Positions 35,763 to 47,600 of a DNA stretch of 64,000 nucleotides are shown here, piece by piece. Source of the DNA: a plasmid. Each line of letters begins with the position of its first letter. Position 1 is the stretch's first letter. The translations under genes and the position numbers were made by a program. The stretch lies in sequence record NZ_CP028351.1; one strand, 5' to 3'. The notes beneath the pieces are model-generated. The model was not told the DNA's origin and did no database searches. It saw nothing but the letters and a program-made list of their open reading frames with translations.

Positions 35763-36377
35763 ATGACCCAATCCGTAACGGACAGTGGAACGCGCGGTCC
35801 TGCCGATCACAATGTGCGTGACCAGATTGTCGAGGCTGCCATGCAGCACTTTGCGCATTACGGCTACGAAAAAACCACCGTCTCCGATCTTGCCCGGGCT
35901 ATTGGTTTTTCCAAAGCCTATATCTACAAGTTTTTTGAATCGAAACAGGCGATTGGCGAAGTCATTTGTTCAAACCGACTGGCGATGATCATGGAGCGTG
36001 CTGAAACCGCGATCGCCGATGCTCCAGGTGCATCAGAACAACTGCGGCGGCTGTTTCAGACGCTTTCCGCCACCAGTACTGAGCTATTTTTTCACGAACG
36101 TAAACTCTATGACATTGCCGCTGTCGCATCGCGCGACCGCTGGCCCTCTGCCATGGCTTACGAAAAGCGGATTCTGAATCTGATTCAGCAGATCCTTCGC
36201 AGGGGTCGTGAAATGGGTGAGTTTGAGCGTAAAACTCCGGCTGACGACGCGGCAGAAGCTATCTATCGGGTAATCAGACCCTATGTCAGCCCTGTGCTAC
36301 TGCAGTACAGCCTCGATGAGGCTGAGGCCGCTTCCACGCAACTGGCCGCACTGGTATTACGCAGTCTTGCCCCCTGA
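35763..36377 (+). CDS. TetR-family transcriptional regulator
   Basis: N-terminal HTH VRDQIVEAAMQHFAHYGYEKTTVSDLARAIGFSKAYIYKFF. Confidence 0.85.
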   Translation: MTQSVTDSGTRGPADHNVRDQIVEAAMQHFAHYGYEKTTVSDLARAIGFSKAYIYKFFESKQAIGEVICSNRLAMIMERAETAIADAPGASEQLRRLFQTLSATSTELFFHERKLYDIAAVASRDRWPSAMAYEKRILNLIQQILRRGREMGEFERKTPADDAAEAIYRVIRPYVSPVLLQYSLDEAEAASTQLAALVLRSLAP

Positions 36378-36605
36378 AAGAAGTGACTATTGACTTAATT
36401 AGTCACAAAGGCAAAGATAACGGCCTGTCTGATTATCGCTCAGGATCCTGATGCTGCTAAGCTTATCTCTGTCTGTTCACTTTCATACCAGCATTCGCAT
36501 ATCGCACCCTTCTGCTAAGGGTCTCGCTAATCGCGCTTCAGGCGCGCATCAACTTTCTGCGGCAGTATTTTATTCGCTGTCCGGACTGACTACGGGAGCA
36601 ACCGC

Positions 36606-37886
36606 ATGAGTCATTCAACCTCATCTCAACGCATCGTCATCACCGGCGCGGGTATCGTCTCGCCGCTGGGTTGTGGCGTTGAAACCGTCTGGCAGCGATT
36701 AACGGCGGGTGAATCGGGTATTCGCGTTCTGCCCGATGCGCTCACCGCAGGAACCGGTATTTCAGTGGGGGGCAGCGTGCCTGGCATCGAAGACGATCCG
36801 CTGGCCGGATATGACCCGGAGTCGTTCATTGCGCCAAAAGAGCGAAAAAAGATGTCGCGGTTTATTGAGTTTGCGCTGCTGGCAGCGGAAGAAGCGCTGA
36901 AGCAGGCAGGCTGGCATCCTGAAGATGCGTCTGCGCGTGAACGCACGGCTACGATCATTGCTTCTGGCGTTGGCGGCTTTGGTGCGATTGCCGACGCAGT
37001 GCGTACGACCGACGCGCGTGGTCCGCGCAGGCTCTCACCTTTTACTGCTCCCTCGTTTCTGGCGAACATGGCAGCCGGTCATATCTCAATTAAACACGGT
37101 TTCACCGGCCCGCTCGGCGCGCCTGTTACTGCCTGTGCAGCAGGCGTACAGGCTATTGGTGACGCCGCAAGATTAATCAGAAGTGGTGAAGCGGACATTG
37201 CGATTTGTGGCGGCACCGAAGCGGCGCTGGATCGCGTGACGCTGGGCTGTTTCGCAGCCGCGCGCGCACTATGCGCAGGATATGAAGATGAGCCGCACCA
37301 CGCCTCACGTCCGTTTGATCGGGACAGAAGCGGCTTTGTCATGGCCGAAGGCGCTGGCCTGCTGGTCATTGAGTCGCTGGCCCATGCAGAGGCACGCGGA
37401 GCGACGCCGCTGGCGGAGATTGTCGGCTACGGCACCAGCGCCGATGCTTACCACCTTACGGCGGGTCCGGAGGATGGCAGTGGCGCTGCGCGGGCAATGA
37501 GGTTAGCTCTGCGACAGGCGGGTATCAGCCCGGATGACGTTCAGCATATCAATGCTCATGCAACCTCGACTCAGGTCGGCGATCACGGTGAGCTGTCCGC
37601 TATTCGCGCCGTTTTTGGCGATGATTCGCCGGTCGCGATCTCATCAACCAAATCCGCCACCGGCCATCTGCTGGGTGCGGCGGGTGGCGTTGAGGCGATA
37701 TTCACACTGCTGGCCCTGTGCCATCAGCTTATTCCGCCAACACTGAACCTTTATCATCCCGATGAAGCAGCAGGCAGTCTTGACCTGGTGGCGCTTAAAG
37801 CCCGACCTGCCGCGCTGAACTATGCCATGTCGAACGGATTTGGTTTTGGCGGCGTCAATGCCAGTATTCTGCTACGTAAGTGGTAA
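36606..37886 (+). CDS. Beta-ketoacyl-ACP synthase II (FabF-family KAS), stand-alone paralog
   Basis: 426 aa. RIVITGAGIVSPLG is the N-terminal KAS motif. The active-site Cys context PVTACAAGVQAIG is present. The HxxH and NxxGHxxxAAG catalytic motifs (HINAHATSTQVGD; KSATGHLLGAAG) follow. Confidence 0.9.
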   Translation: MSHSTSSQRIVITGAGIVSPLGCGVETVWQRLTAGESGIRVLPDALTAGTGISVGGSVPGIEDDPLAGYDPESFIAPKERKKMSRFIEFALLAAEEALKQAGWHPEDASARERTATIIASGVGGFGAIADAVRTTDARGPRRLSPFTAPSFLANMAAGHISIKHGFTGPLGAPVTACAAGVQAIGDAARLIRSGEADIAICGGTEAALDRVTLGCFAAARALCAGYEDEPHHASRPFDRDRSGFVMAEGAGLLVIESLAHAEARGATPLAEIVGYGTSADAYHLTAGPEDGSGAARAMRLALRQAGISPDDVQHINAHATSTQVGDHGELSAIRAVFGDDSPVAISSTKSATGHLLGAAGGVEAIFTLLALCHQLIPPTLNLYHPDEAAGSLDLVALKARPAALNYAMSNGFGFGGVNASILLRKW

Positions 37887-38124
37887 TGACGGCATATTGA
37901 CGACTCAATCGACGCTGCCGGATATACTGGCAGCGTCGCTGATCACATCACCATCCAGCCTATACAGCGCATTCTGTTATTTCCTGTCTGCCACCAGTCT
38001 TCAGCCCTTCAGCATCAGCTTTATAAATCTGTACCTTTCCTGACAAAATTGCCGTCGCCTGGCCGTCTGCCCTTTTCTTTCAGCACTACAATTAATTGAA
38101 TGAAAACAACTTCAGAGAACGTTG

Positions 38125-39012
38125 ATGAAAATTGCAGCTTTCGATATTGGTGGTACCTCTTTAAAAATGGGTGTGATTGACGATCAGGGAAATATTCTGA
38201 CCAGCGATAGTGCTGATATTTCCCATAACGCACGCGATAAAATACTTGATGAAATCCTGGCCTGGCTGGAGAAAAATCCCGGTTGTGCTGGTATTGCCGT
38301 CAGCACACCCGGTTATATTGATGCTGACGCTGGTTATATTGCCATGGGCGGCACCATACGTGACTTTGACCAGTTTCATCTGAGCCAGTGGCTGACAGAA
38401 AAAACGTCCCTGCCTGCTACCGTCGAAAACGATGCACACTGTGCACTGCTGGCTGAAAAGTGGCTGGGAAAAGCGAAAAAGCTCAACGATTTCCTGATGC
38501 TGACGATAGGCACCGGGTTAGGCGGAGCGGCCTTTTGCAATGGCGCACTGATTCGGGGTGGACGCAACCGGGCTGGCGAGTTTGGTTGCCTGCTGACGTC
38601 GCGTCCCACCAGCGGCAATATAGAACGCCACACCATGAGCCAGAGCTGTACCATGACAGCACTGCGGGAGAATTACAGCCAGCTTATTGATAAGCCTGCC
38701 GACGATGTCAGTGGTAAAGATGTCTTTGACGCATACGATCGTAATGAAGACGCCGCGCAGCAGGTGGTAAATAAATTTTATGCGGATCTTGCGGCCTGCT
38801 TATATAACCTGTTCAGCGTGTTCGACCCGCAGAGGGTATTTATTGGCGGGGGAATTACTGAGCGCGAACCCTTCCTCAAGGAATTGGGAGAGCAGCTGGC
38901 AAAATATGATCCTGATATCCGCATAGATGCCGCAACCTACGGTAACGACTCCGGCATGCTGGGCGCAACCTGGAATTACCTGCAGCGCCAGCCTGCGGGC
39001 AATAAGACCTGA
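38125..39012 (+). CDS. ROK-family sugar kinase
   Basis: MKIAAFDIGGTSLKMGV is the N-terminal ATPase motif. ...TIGTGLGGAAFCNGALIRGG. About 295 aa, with no N-terminal HTH. Confidence 0.8.
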   Translation: MKIAAFDIGGTSLKMGVIDDQGNILTSDSADISHNARDKILDEILAWLEKNPGCAGIAVSTPGYIDADAGYIAMGGTIRDFDQFHLSQWLTEKTSLPATVENDAHCALLAEKWLGKAKKLNDFLMLTIGTGLGGAAFCNGALIRGGRNRAGEFGCLLTSRPTSGNIERHTMSQSCTMTALRENYSQLIDKPADDVSGKDVFDAYDRNEDAAQQVVNKFYADLAACLYNLFSVFDPQRVFIGGGITEREPFLKELGEQLAKYDPDIRIDAATYGNDSGMLGATWNYLQRQPAGNKT

Positions 39013-39066
39013 GAGCTTTACTTTCCCTGAAGTGAAAAATTGCCATCAGGTCTTATCCGCAGAGGC

Positions 39067-40068
39067 TTAATGCTGGATGTTAGCCAGATCGTCTGAGGAA
39101 AGACCTGTCATTTCCATGATGGTTTTACGTTCAAGGCCGCGCTGTAACATAACGCGAGCGATTTCCAGAGTGGCTTCGCGCTTACCTTCACTGCGGCCTT
39201 TCTCCATTCCACGCTGTTCGCCCAGCTCAATACCTTCAGCGCGGCCTTTTTCTATACCTTTTGCGATACCTTTTTGCTCAAGCTGCTGTGCAATAGTCAT
39301 CAGTGCATCTCCGTGTTGCGGCACCCGCTGTGCCAGTTCGCGAACGAAAGCTTCGTGATCAGCTGATTCACCTGCCTGCATTAAATAGTGTATCAGCGCC
39401 AATACCTGGGGTGAAGAAAGATAATCGGCCATCAGTAAGGTACTCAGACGGTCAATGATCGAAGCCATATCACGTTGATGAATATGCTTCTGCATCAGTG
39501 TCAGTGCGGCCATGCTACGGTGCTTCATGATTTCGTCATCAGGAATAACCGTGACGTCCACCAGCGGAAAAGCACTTCCATAGAGTTGTTCTGCCACAGC
39601 CGGATCATCAAATTCGTCGAACCAGCGGGTCGAATAAGGATAGGGCGAGCGCTTACCGGTGTAGAACAATACAGGTATCACCAGAGGCAGCTTTTTATGA
39701 CCCGCTGCAAGATGCTGTTGCATAGCGGCAATCGCATAACGCATCAGACGAAACGCCATATGCCTGTCCGGTGTAGATTGATGTTCAATCAGAACGTGTA
39801 TGTAGCCGTCCCCGGCTGAGGTTTTAAGACTGTACAGAACATCACTAAAATATTGCCGCAAATCGTCTTCGACAAAGGAGCCGGATTCAAGCTTAAGTGT
39901 GCCGAGATCGCAGATTTTACGCAGTTCTTCAGGAAGATGCAGCTGCATAAAATCTCTGGCAACATCCGGATTTGCCAGAAACTGTCGGAATGTCGCGTCA
40001 TGGGGAACAGGGCTTTTTTTCTTTCTCATCGGTTTACTTTCTATAAGGTTCACATACTGACAGCTCAA
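39067..40068 (-). CDS. Rpn-family recombination-promoting nuclease / putative transposase (YhgA-like, PD-(D/E)XK)
   Basis: DATFRQFLANPDVARDFMQLHLP...YSDVLYSLKTSAGDGYIHVLIEHQS, plus the characteristic C-terminal KGIEKGRAEGIELGEQRGMEKGRSEGKREATLEIARVMLQRGL repeat. The true start may be the M at 40029. Confidence 0.8.
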   Translation of the reverse strand: MSCQYVNLIESKPMRKKKSPVPHDATFRQFLANPDVARDFMQLHLPEELRKICDLGTLKLESGSFVEDDLRQYFSDVLYSLKTSAGDGYIHVLIEHQSTPDRHMAFRLMRYAIAAMQQHLAAGHKKLPLVIPVLFYTGKRSPYPYSTRWFDEFDDPAVAEQLYGSAFPLVDVTVIPDDEIMKHRSMAALTLMQKHIHQRDMASIIDRLSTLLMADYLSSPQVLALIHYLMQAGESADHEAFVRELAQRVPQHGDALMTIAQQLEQKGIAKGIEKGRAEGIELGEQRGMEKGRSEGKREATLEIARVMLQRGLERKTIMEMTGLSSDDLANIQH

Positions 40069-40675
40069 GGAAAAGTGGTTTATCCAGGCCGGACGGCAAT
40101 ATTATCGTTGTGTTATCTGTGAATTAAAATGGCCTACGCCCATGATGAATTAACTGAAATTCTTAAAAGTAAAACCAATGCATTAAAAATAAGCCACCCC
40201 TTAATATAAAAAATAAATATCGTTACAAATCAGCAGGATGAGCACTGATGAACTGAAAAAAACCATGATTCCCCACATCCACCAACAAGATTAAAACCGG
40301 AATAAATAAGAGATAATGAATTATAAAAAAACGATCATTGCCTGAATCACCTGTTTTTTTCAGCATGATTTACCAATGATAAAACGGCTCAGTTTAAATT
40401 TATAAACCACGCCTGTTAATTAGCAGCATTACATTCACTAGCAAGGTATTTCTATTTCCTGCCAGCCGCTATATCAGCATTGATTTATTCGGTAACAGAA
40501 TGACTTAATAACTGTAAGCGCTGCAGTGAATATTATTCATGTCCTTATCCCCGTATCGGCGCATCAAACAGACTCAGCGCCACGATGAGAAGGGCATAAA
40601 CCAGCAGATAGAACAGAATCAGCGCAGCCAGCAACCGTCGATGGCTACGCATCTCACTTTTCTTCATGGTGCCAT

Positions 40676-41467
40676 TCAGAAGGTGTAGCTCAATGCCAGC
40701 GTGGCCGAGGCACCATTGTGCCGGGCGACGATGGGGCTATCTGAAGCATGTTTATCCAGCCAGGTGTAATCGCCGATCACGCTGGCAGCCCAGGCGGGCG
40801 TGAACTGGTGACTCCATGTCAGGCTGGTGTCTGTGCCATAAAATCCACCCGCGGCGTTATAGCGTTTAAACCCGCTACGAGCACTCTGCTCGCTGCTCAC
40901 GCCATACCAGGTGTTCATATAACGCGCATCGCCAGACAGACCTGCCACCTGCAGTACCACCGTATCGTCCTGGGTCTGCCAGGGGATCAGGGTTACAGAC
41001 GTCCGGTACTGCACGCCCTGACTGTCACTTAATGGCAGCGTCGCTTTCCCCTCAACCACAAACCACGGGGTAACCGACCAGCCCACCGCCAGCGCGGTGT
41101 TAACCGTTGCGTCGATATTCCCCATGCCTCTGAGCCGGTCATCACCGTCGCGCCACGATGAGTTACGGTCAGAGCGGCCCAGCCCATAGCCCAGCGTATG
41201 TTCCAGATACAGCCCGTTATCCGCCTGCAGGTCATAACCAATGCCTTTTTGCGAGTCGAAAAAGAATGCTCCGTCGCGCGCCTGAATAACCGGCATCAGC
41301 TGCCAGTGCTGCTTATCTGCGCCGCTGTAGCGTGGGGCATTAATGCCCGCAATGCCCAGCGTCAGGCTGGGCGGTGGCGTGGCACTCTCATCAGCCATAG
41401 CAGTAGCGGCACTCAACCCCAGCGAAAAACAGACCATGTGAAGCGTTATTTTTCCGGTTATCATCAC
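40676..41467 (-). CDS. MipA/OmpV-family outer-membrane protein
   Basis: Signal peptide, and a beta-barrel composition ending ...ATLALSYTF. The N-terminal region LTLGIAGINAPRYSGADK...GIGYDL... is typical of MltA-interacting-protein scaffold proteins. Confidence 0.75.
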   Translation of the reverse strand: MMITGKITLHMVCFSLGLSAATAMADESATPPPSLTLGIAGINAPRYSGADKQHWQLMPVIQARDGAFFFDSQKGIGYDLQADNGLYLEHTLGYGLGRSDRNSSWRDGDDRLRGMGNIDATVNTALAVGWSVTPWFVVEGKATLPLSDSQGVQYRTSVTLIPWQTQDDTVVLQVAGLSGDARYMNTWYGVSSEQSARSGFKRYNAAGGFYGTDTSLTWSHQFTPAWAASVIGDYTWLDKHASDSPIVARHNGASATLALSYTF

Positions 41468-41593
41468 GTTTCCTCATTATCACATCAGGTGCGGAGCTGA
41501 GGGATTCAGTGCCGCGTCACTGTCCGGAGTATGCGAGGCGAGTGTCAATGAACGACCAGGGATTTATGAAGAAACAGTCAAGGTGATCCGAAA

Positions 41594-42289
41594 ATGCAGT
41601 CAAAACGTGTACTGATTATTGAAGATGACGCAGATGCGGCGGGTGTACTTGAGGCCTACCTGAAACGTGAAAACTATGAGGTCATGATTGCCGGTGACGG
41701 ACCCGGCGGGCTGGAAACCGCAGGACGCTGGCAACCCGATCTGATCCTGCTGGATATCATGTTGCCTGGCATGAATGGCACCGAAGTGCTGGCCGCGCTG
41801 CGTCGGCGTGACGATACCCCGGTAATCATGGTGACGGCGATGGGTGACGCGCCGGACCGCATCGGCGCGCTACGTTATGGTGCTGATGACTACGTGGTCA
41901 AACCCTACCATCCGGGCGAAGTCGTGGCGCGCGTTCAGGCCGTGCTGCGCCGCAGCCAGAGTCACGCGCCCGCCGCAGAATCGCTGCGCTGGGCGGGTCT
42001 GGTGGTTGATCCCCTGGCACTTACCGCCGTGGTTGATAGTGACAGTGATGCACCGCGCCGCCTGGATCTGACGCCTACCGAATTTTCTCTGCTGGTCACG
42101 CTGATGCGTGCCCCGACGCGGCCTTTTACCCGCCTGTTTCTGCTGGAGCACTGTCTGCCGGAAAGCGATGCTCTGGAGCGTGTAGTCGATACCCACGTCT
42201 ATAACCTGCGCCGTAAACTGGAGGCTGCAGGCATCTCTGACGTCTTACCGGCAGTACGCAGCGTCGGTTACCGGTTCAGACAGCCATGA
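41594..42289 (+). CDS. OmpR-family response regulator
   Basis: Receiver domain (VLIIEDDAD...DLILLDIMLPGMNG) and a C-terminal winged-helix domain (VYNLRRKLE...VRSVGYRF). Confidence 0.9.
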   Translation: MQSKRVLIIEDDADAAGVLEAYLKRENYEVMIAGDGPGGLETAGRWQPDLILLDIMLPGMNGTEVLAALRRRDDTPVIMVTAMGDAPDRIGALRYGADDYVVKPYHPGEVVARVQAVLRRSQSHAPAAESLRWAGLVVDPLALTAVVDSDSDAPRRLDLTPTEFSLLVTLMRAPTRPFTRLFLLEHCLPESDALERVVDTHVYNLRRKLEAAGISDVLPAVRSVGYRFRQP

Positions 42290-43455
42290 AGAACAATACG
42301 CATACCTCACTGTGGCGCTGGATCTGCATCCGGGTGCTGTTTCTGGCTATCGGCAGCGTGATCCTCATCGCCGCCTGTATGTGGTTGCGCTTTGCGGTGC
42401 AGGCGTTCTGGGTCTACCACCGGATGCCGCCCACGCTGCTCGATGAGTTCACGCAGCTGCGCCATCATCCCGCCAGCGATCCGGCACGCTTTCATCAGAT
42501 TGTCGATCAGTGGTGGGGGATCAAATTTTCCGATCCTTCGCTGGCATCCTCTGACTGGCTGACCGTGCTGGTCCTGGTAGTGGTCACCATCCCGTTTATG
42601 GTGATGATGGCGCTGCGTTTCGCCCGTCCGCTGTCGGCGCAGTTCAGCCAACTGGCGACGGCGGCGCGTGCGGTGTCGAAAGGGGAATTTGGCCGGACGG
42701 CGGCGGTAGTGAAAGAAGCCCCACAGGAGCTGGTGCGCTTTACCGACGATTTTAACCAGATGACACAACAGCTGGCGCGCTACGATCGTGAGTTGCGCAC
42801 CTCGCATGTGGCGATGGCACACGAACTCCGCTCACCATTGACAGCAGCGATGGGCCGCCTGCAGGGCATTCTGGACGGCGTCTTCCCTGCCGAGCCGCAG
42901 CAGCTGGCGATGATCATGAAGCAACTGACGCAGCTCAGCCGCCTGACCGATGAACTGCATCTGCTGTCACTGGCAGACGCCGGGCAGCTTACCCTCAACC
43001 GCGAGCGATTTAATCTCTCTGAGTTACTGCGCGAGCGTTCAGGCTGGCTGCTGCCACAGGCAGAAGAGTCGGGGGTCGTCATCAGCGTAATGGCACCCGG
43101 CGATCTGCTGCTCTGCGCCGATACCTTTCGCCTGGGTCAGGTCATAACCATCATCTGTGAAAATGCGCTGCGCTACGCCGCCGATGGTGGCGCATTGTTG
43201 ATCACCGCCAACCAGAACGATAAGGCGACCACGCTGACTTTCCGTGATTACGGTCAGGGCGTAGAGCAAGACTTCCTGCCGCAACTGTTTGACCGCTTTA
43301 CCCGGGCTGACTCCTCACGCGCCCGCCACTCCGGCGGCAGCGGGCTGGGGCTGTCGATCGCCAAAGTGATTATCGAGGCGCACGGCGGATCGCTGCACGC
43401 CACCCTGCCTGCCGAGGGTGGTCTGCTGATTGGGATAACGTTACCGGCGGGATAA
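42286..43455 (+). CDS. Sensor histidine kinase (HAMP, HisKA, HATPase)
   Basis: Two TM segments. The H-box is MAHELRSPLTAAMG. The G-boxes are GGSGLGLSIAK. It overlaps the response-regulator stop (ATGA). Confidence 0.9.
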   Translation: MKNNTHTSLWRWICIRVLFLAIGSVILIAACMWLRFAVQAFWVYHRMPPTLLDEFTQLRHHPASDPARFHQIVDQWWGIKFSDPSLASSDWLTVLVLVVVTIPFMVMMALRFARPLSAQFSQLATAARAVSKGEFGRTAAVVKEAPQELVRFTDDFNQMTQQLARYDRELRTSHVAMAHELRSPLTAAMGRLQGILDGVFPAEPQQLAMIMKQLTQLSRLTDELHLLSLADAGQLTLNRERFNLSELLRERSGWLLPQAEESGVVISVMAPGDLLLCADTFRLGQVITIICENALRYAADGGALLITANQNDKATTLTFRDYGQGVEQDFLPQLFDRFTRADSSRARHSGGSGLGLSIAKVIIEAHGGSLHATLPAEGGLLIGITLPAG

Positions 43456-43547
43456 ATTTACTGACTTGACCATTTCTTGATGGTTCATGGAACGTTTCTG
43501 GACACAGGCCGGGTTCAATGAGCACAACTCATTAAAGGAACCCGGTT

Positions 43548-44681
43548 ATGACAGACTTCTTATCGGATGCTGCCCGCCAGGTGTGGCGTCATCTCTTCAG
43601 TGTACATATTTTCGCGCCGATCGTGTTCGTGCTGCTCGGCGTATTCATCATGACCGGCTGCCGCGACAACAATGCTGCCCCGCCAGCCGCCCCACTCCGC
43701 CCGGTCAAAACGGTGATTGCCCCGCCGCTCAGCAGCAACGCGTCACGCGTGCTGACCGGTGAAATTCGCGCCCATGAAGAGGTTGCACTGGCCTTCAGGC
43801 TGGATGGTCGGGTGGTGAGCCGCGCGGTTGAGCTGGGCGATCGCGTCACCGCCGGGCAACCCCTGGCCGCGCTGGAAAACGATCAGTCACGTAATCAGCT
43901 GAGCAGCGCGCAAGCCGATCTCGACAGCGCCCGCGCCGCCGAACGCGTCGCTGCGCTTAACCTCCATCGGATGCGGCTGCTGATGCCCGGCGGAGCCATC
44001 GCCCGCAGCCAGCTGGACAGTGCCGAGGGAGACTGGCAGAGCGCGCAGTCCCGCCGTCTCAGCAGCGAAGCAGCACTGAAAAATGCCCAGGATAATCTCA
44101 GCTGGACCCGGCTCACTGCGCCCGCCGCAGGCCGGATTACCGCCCTCCCGGTTCAGCCCGGCCAGGTGGTCAGCGCCGGACAGACTGTGATGACGCTGGC
44201 AGCCGGTGATGCACGCGATGCGGTGTTTGATCTGACAACGCCTGCTTTGCTGCGAGCTGACGACCAGACTCCGCTGAAGGTGACGCTGCTCGCCGACCCG
44301 GACATCCAGGCCAGTGGCACGATACGTGACATCAGCCCACAGGCCGATTCACAGACCCGTACCTGGCGGCTGCGCATCTCAATGCATCAGCCACCCGAGG
44401 CGATGGCACTGGGTGCCACCGTCACCGTCACGCTTCCCGATCCGCAACCGCCGGTTATCGCCCTGCCCGCCAGCGCCCTGACCCGGTTTGCAGACAAGCC
44501 CGCGCTGCTGGTGGTTGATGCGGCATCACGCTTACAGCTTCGTCCGGTGGTGCTGGCCCGCTTCAGCGCACAGCAAATCTTTGTCTCTGCCGGGATCCGG
44601 CCAGGCGAGCGCGTGGTTACCGCCGGTGTCGGCACCCTGCAGCCCGGTGAAAAAGTGACACTGGCGCAGGAGGGCTCATGA
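43548..44681 (+). CDS. RND efflux periplasmic adaptor (membrane-fusion protein)
   Basis: 377 aa with an N-terminal TM/lipid anchor and coiled-coil and beta-barrel MFP architecture. The stop overlaps the RND pump start. Confidence 0.85.
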   Translation: MTDFLSDAARQVWRHLFSVHIFAPIVFVLLGVFIMTGCRDNNAAPPAAPLRPVKTVIAPPLSSNASRVLTGEIRAHEEVALAFRLDGRVVSRAVELGDRVTAGQPLAALENDQSRNQLSSAQADLDSARAAERVAALNLHRMRLLMPGGAIARSQLDSAEGDWQSAQSRRLSSEAALKNAQDNLSWTRLTAPAAGRITALPVQPGQVVSAGQTVMTLAAGDARDAVFDLTTPALLRADDQTPLKVTLLADPDIQASGTIRDISPQADSQTRTWRLRISMHQPPEAMALGATVTVTLPDPQPPVIALPASALTRFADKPALLVVDAASRLQLRPVVLARFSAQQIFVSAGIRPGERVVTAGVGTLQPGEKVTLAQEGS

Positions 44682-47600
44682 AAAAAATGACTGGCTTTAA
44701 CCTTTCCGGCTGGGCGCTGGCGCATCAGCAGCTGGTCATCTTTTTCATGCTGCTGGTAATGGCGGCGGGTGTGCTGAGTTATGAACGCCTGTCACGTAAT
44801 GAAGACCCGGCGTTCACCATCAAGACCGCCGTGATCTCTGCCCGGTGGCCCGGAGCTGACGTAAACACCACCGTACAACTGCTGACGGACGTGCTGGAAC
44901 AGAAGGTGCAGGAAATCCCGTCGCTGGATGCGGTTGAGAGCGAGACCCGCGCCGGAGAGACGGTCATTTATGTCAACCTGCGCGATGACACGCCACCTTC
45001 TGAGGTGGCCGGTATCTGGTATCAGCTGCGGAAAAAAATGCATGATGTGACGTCTTCCCTGCCGCAGGGCGTGCAGGGTCCGGCGGTTAACGACGAGTTT
45101 GATGATACCTTCGGCACAATTTACGGCTTCACGGCGGATGGCTTTACCGCCAGAGAGCTGCGCGATCGGGTTGATAACCTGCGCCGCAGCCTGGCCAGTC
45201 TGCCCGACATTGGTAAAACCAGTCTGCTGGGCGTGCAGGAGCAGCAGGTGGTTATTGCCTTTTCCCCACGCAAGCTGAACGGCATGGGGCTCGATTTACA
45301 GCAGGTCAGCGACGCCATCAAAGCGCAGAACGATGTGGTGCCCGCTGGCAGCCTGCGCACCGACCGCGAAAATATCGCGCTGCGGGTGAGCGGTACGCTG
45401 ACCTCGGTCGAAAGCCTGCAGGCGATTACCCTGCATATCGGGGAGCGTTTCATCCCACTGACCGATCTGGCGACCATCAGCCTGCAATCTGCTGAACCGC
45501 CGGTACCCACCTTTCGGATTAACGGCGTGCCGGCTATCGGGCTGGCAATCTCCATGGCCGCCAGCGGCAACATGCTCAATTTCGGTAAACAGCTTAACCA
45601 GCGCATGCAGACACTGGCCGGTCAGCTACCGCACGGTATCACCATGACTCGCGTGGCCGATCAGTCTTCCGTGGTGAAACAAGCGGTCAGCGGCTTTGTG
45701 CGGATACTGGGCGAAGCGGTTGTCATCGTGTTAGCCGTCTCCTTTGTTACGCTGGGATTGCGTGCCGGTCTGGTGGTGGCGGCGGCTATTCCGCTGGTAC
45801 TGGCGATGACCTTTACCGGCATGTTGCTGGCGGGCATCGGACTGCAGCGCATCTCACTGGGCGCGCTGATTATTGCGCTCGGGCTGCTGGTGGATGACGC
45901 CATGATCACCGTCGAGGCGATGGTGGCACGGCTCGAAGCGGGCGACAGTAAGTGGCAGGCCGCGACGTATGCATTCAGAACCACCGCCTTTCCGATGCTG
46001 ACCGGCACGCTGGTGATGATCGCCGGGTTCATCCCGGTCGGATTCGCCGCCTCCAGTGCCGGGGAGTATTGCTACTCGCTGTTTGTGGTGATTACGCTGG
46101 CGCTGCTCTGCTCATGGGTGGTTGCGGTCATCTTCTCGCCGCTCACCGGCTGCTGGCTGCTGTCAGCGAAGCGCATCAAAGCCCACCAGTCGCCGGGCTT
46201 ACTGACGCGCGGCTATCATGGGCTGCTGGAGGTCATTCTGCGCCACCGGCTGATGACGATTGGCGCAGCGCTGACGGTGCTGCTGGTCAGCCTGTACGCC
46301 ACCACCTTTATGCAGGGTGAATTTTTCCCGGCGTCAGACCGCCCTGAACTGCTGGTCAGCCTGACGCTGCCCGCCAGTACTTCCCAGGCGGAAACCACGC
46401 GCCGTACCGCACAGCTGGAACAGATGCTGCGCAACGATCGGGATGTGGCGAACTTCACCAGTTACGTCGGCTCTGGCGCAATACGCTTCTATCTGCCGAT
46501 GGATGTATTGCTGGATAATGAAAACATCGCACAGCTGGTGGTGGTGGCGAAGAATCTGGCGGTACGCGATCGGCTGCGCAGCAGGCTGGAGAAGAAACTG
46601 GCCGCGGATTTCAGTGATATCACGACGCGGGTCTCGCCGCTGGAGCTGGGTCCGCCGGTGGGCTGGCCGCTGAAATATCGTATCACCGGCCCGGACAATG
46701 GCCGGGTGCGGCAGGCTGCCGGTGAGCTGGCAGCGCTGATCGCCCGCTCTCCACTGACCCGCGAGGTGAATCTCACCGCCGGGGAGCCGGAACGGGTCAT
46801 GACGCTGGCCGTAAACCAGACCGCCGCCCGTGCCGCCGGACTGTCGTCCGACACCATCGCCTCTGCGCTGAACACCCTGATGTCCGGCAGCGTGGTGACC
46901 ACTCTGCGCGATCGCAACCGGCTGATTGACGTGGTGCTACGCAGTAATGACGCCGAGCGGCAGAACACGGAGACGCTGGAAGGATTGATGATCACCAATG
47001 CCAGCGGACAGAAAATTCCGCTGCGCCAGGTAGCGACCCTGAACTGGGGTGTGGATGATCCGGTGATCTGGCGCCGTCAGCGGCTCTCTTACATCACCGT
47101 ACAGACCGATATCGCACCCGGTCAACGGGCTGAAAAGGTCTCGCAACAGCTCGCACCTGATGTCGCCGCCCTGCGCGCCTCACTGCCTGCCGGATACGGT
47201 ATTGAAGAAGGTGGCGTAGTGGCGGAATCGGACAAAGGCAATGGTTCGGTGTTTGCTCTGCTGCCGGTGACGATCTGCGCCATGCTGGTCCTGCTGATGA
47301 TTCAGCTGCAACGCTTCTTCGGTATGCTGCTGGCGCTGAGCATGGCCCCGTTTGGCCTGCCCGGCATCGTCTCCGCGATGCTGCCGGCAGGCACACCGCT
47401 GGGGTTTGTGGCGCTGCTGGGGATTATTGCGCTGGCGGGGATCATCATCCGCAACGCGGTGATTATGATCAGTGAAGTGGATGCGTACAGCCGCGCCGGA
47501 CTGCCTGCTGGTGACGCTATACGGCAGGCCGCCCATCACCGGGCGCGTCCCATCCTGCTGACCGCCTGTGCCGCGATACTTGGCATGATCCCTATCGCCC

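Noticed and set aside
36626-37500. Multiple ORFs on both strands (for example 147 aa, 96 aa, 83 aa) inside the FabF-like gene
   Set aside because: They overlap a full-length KAS II CDS with catalytic motifs and are GC-rich antisense artefacts. The same applies to the ORFs overlapping the RND pump, the sigma-54 activator, budB and UvrA2.
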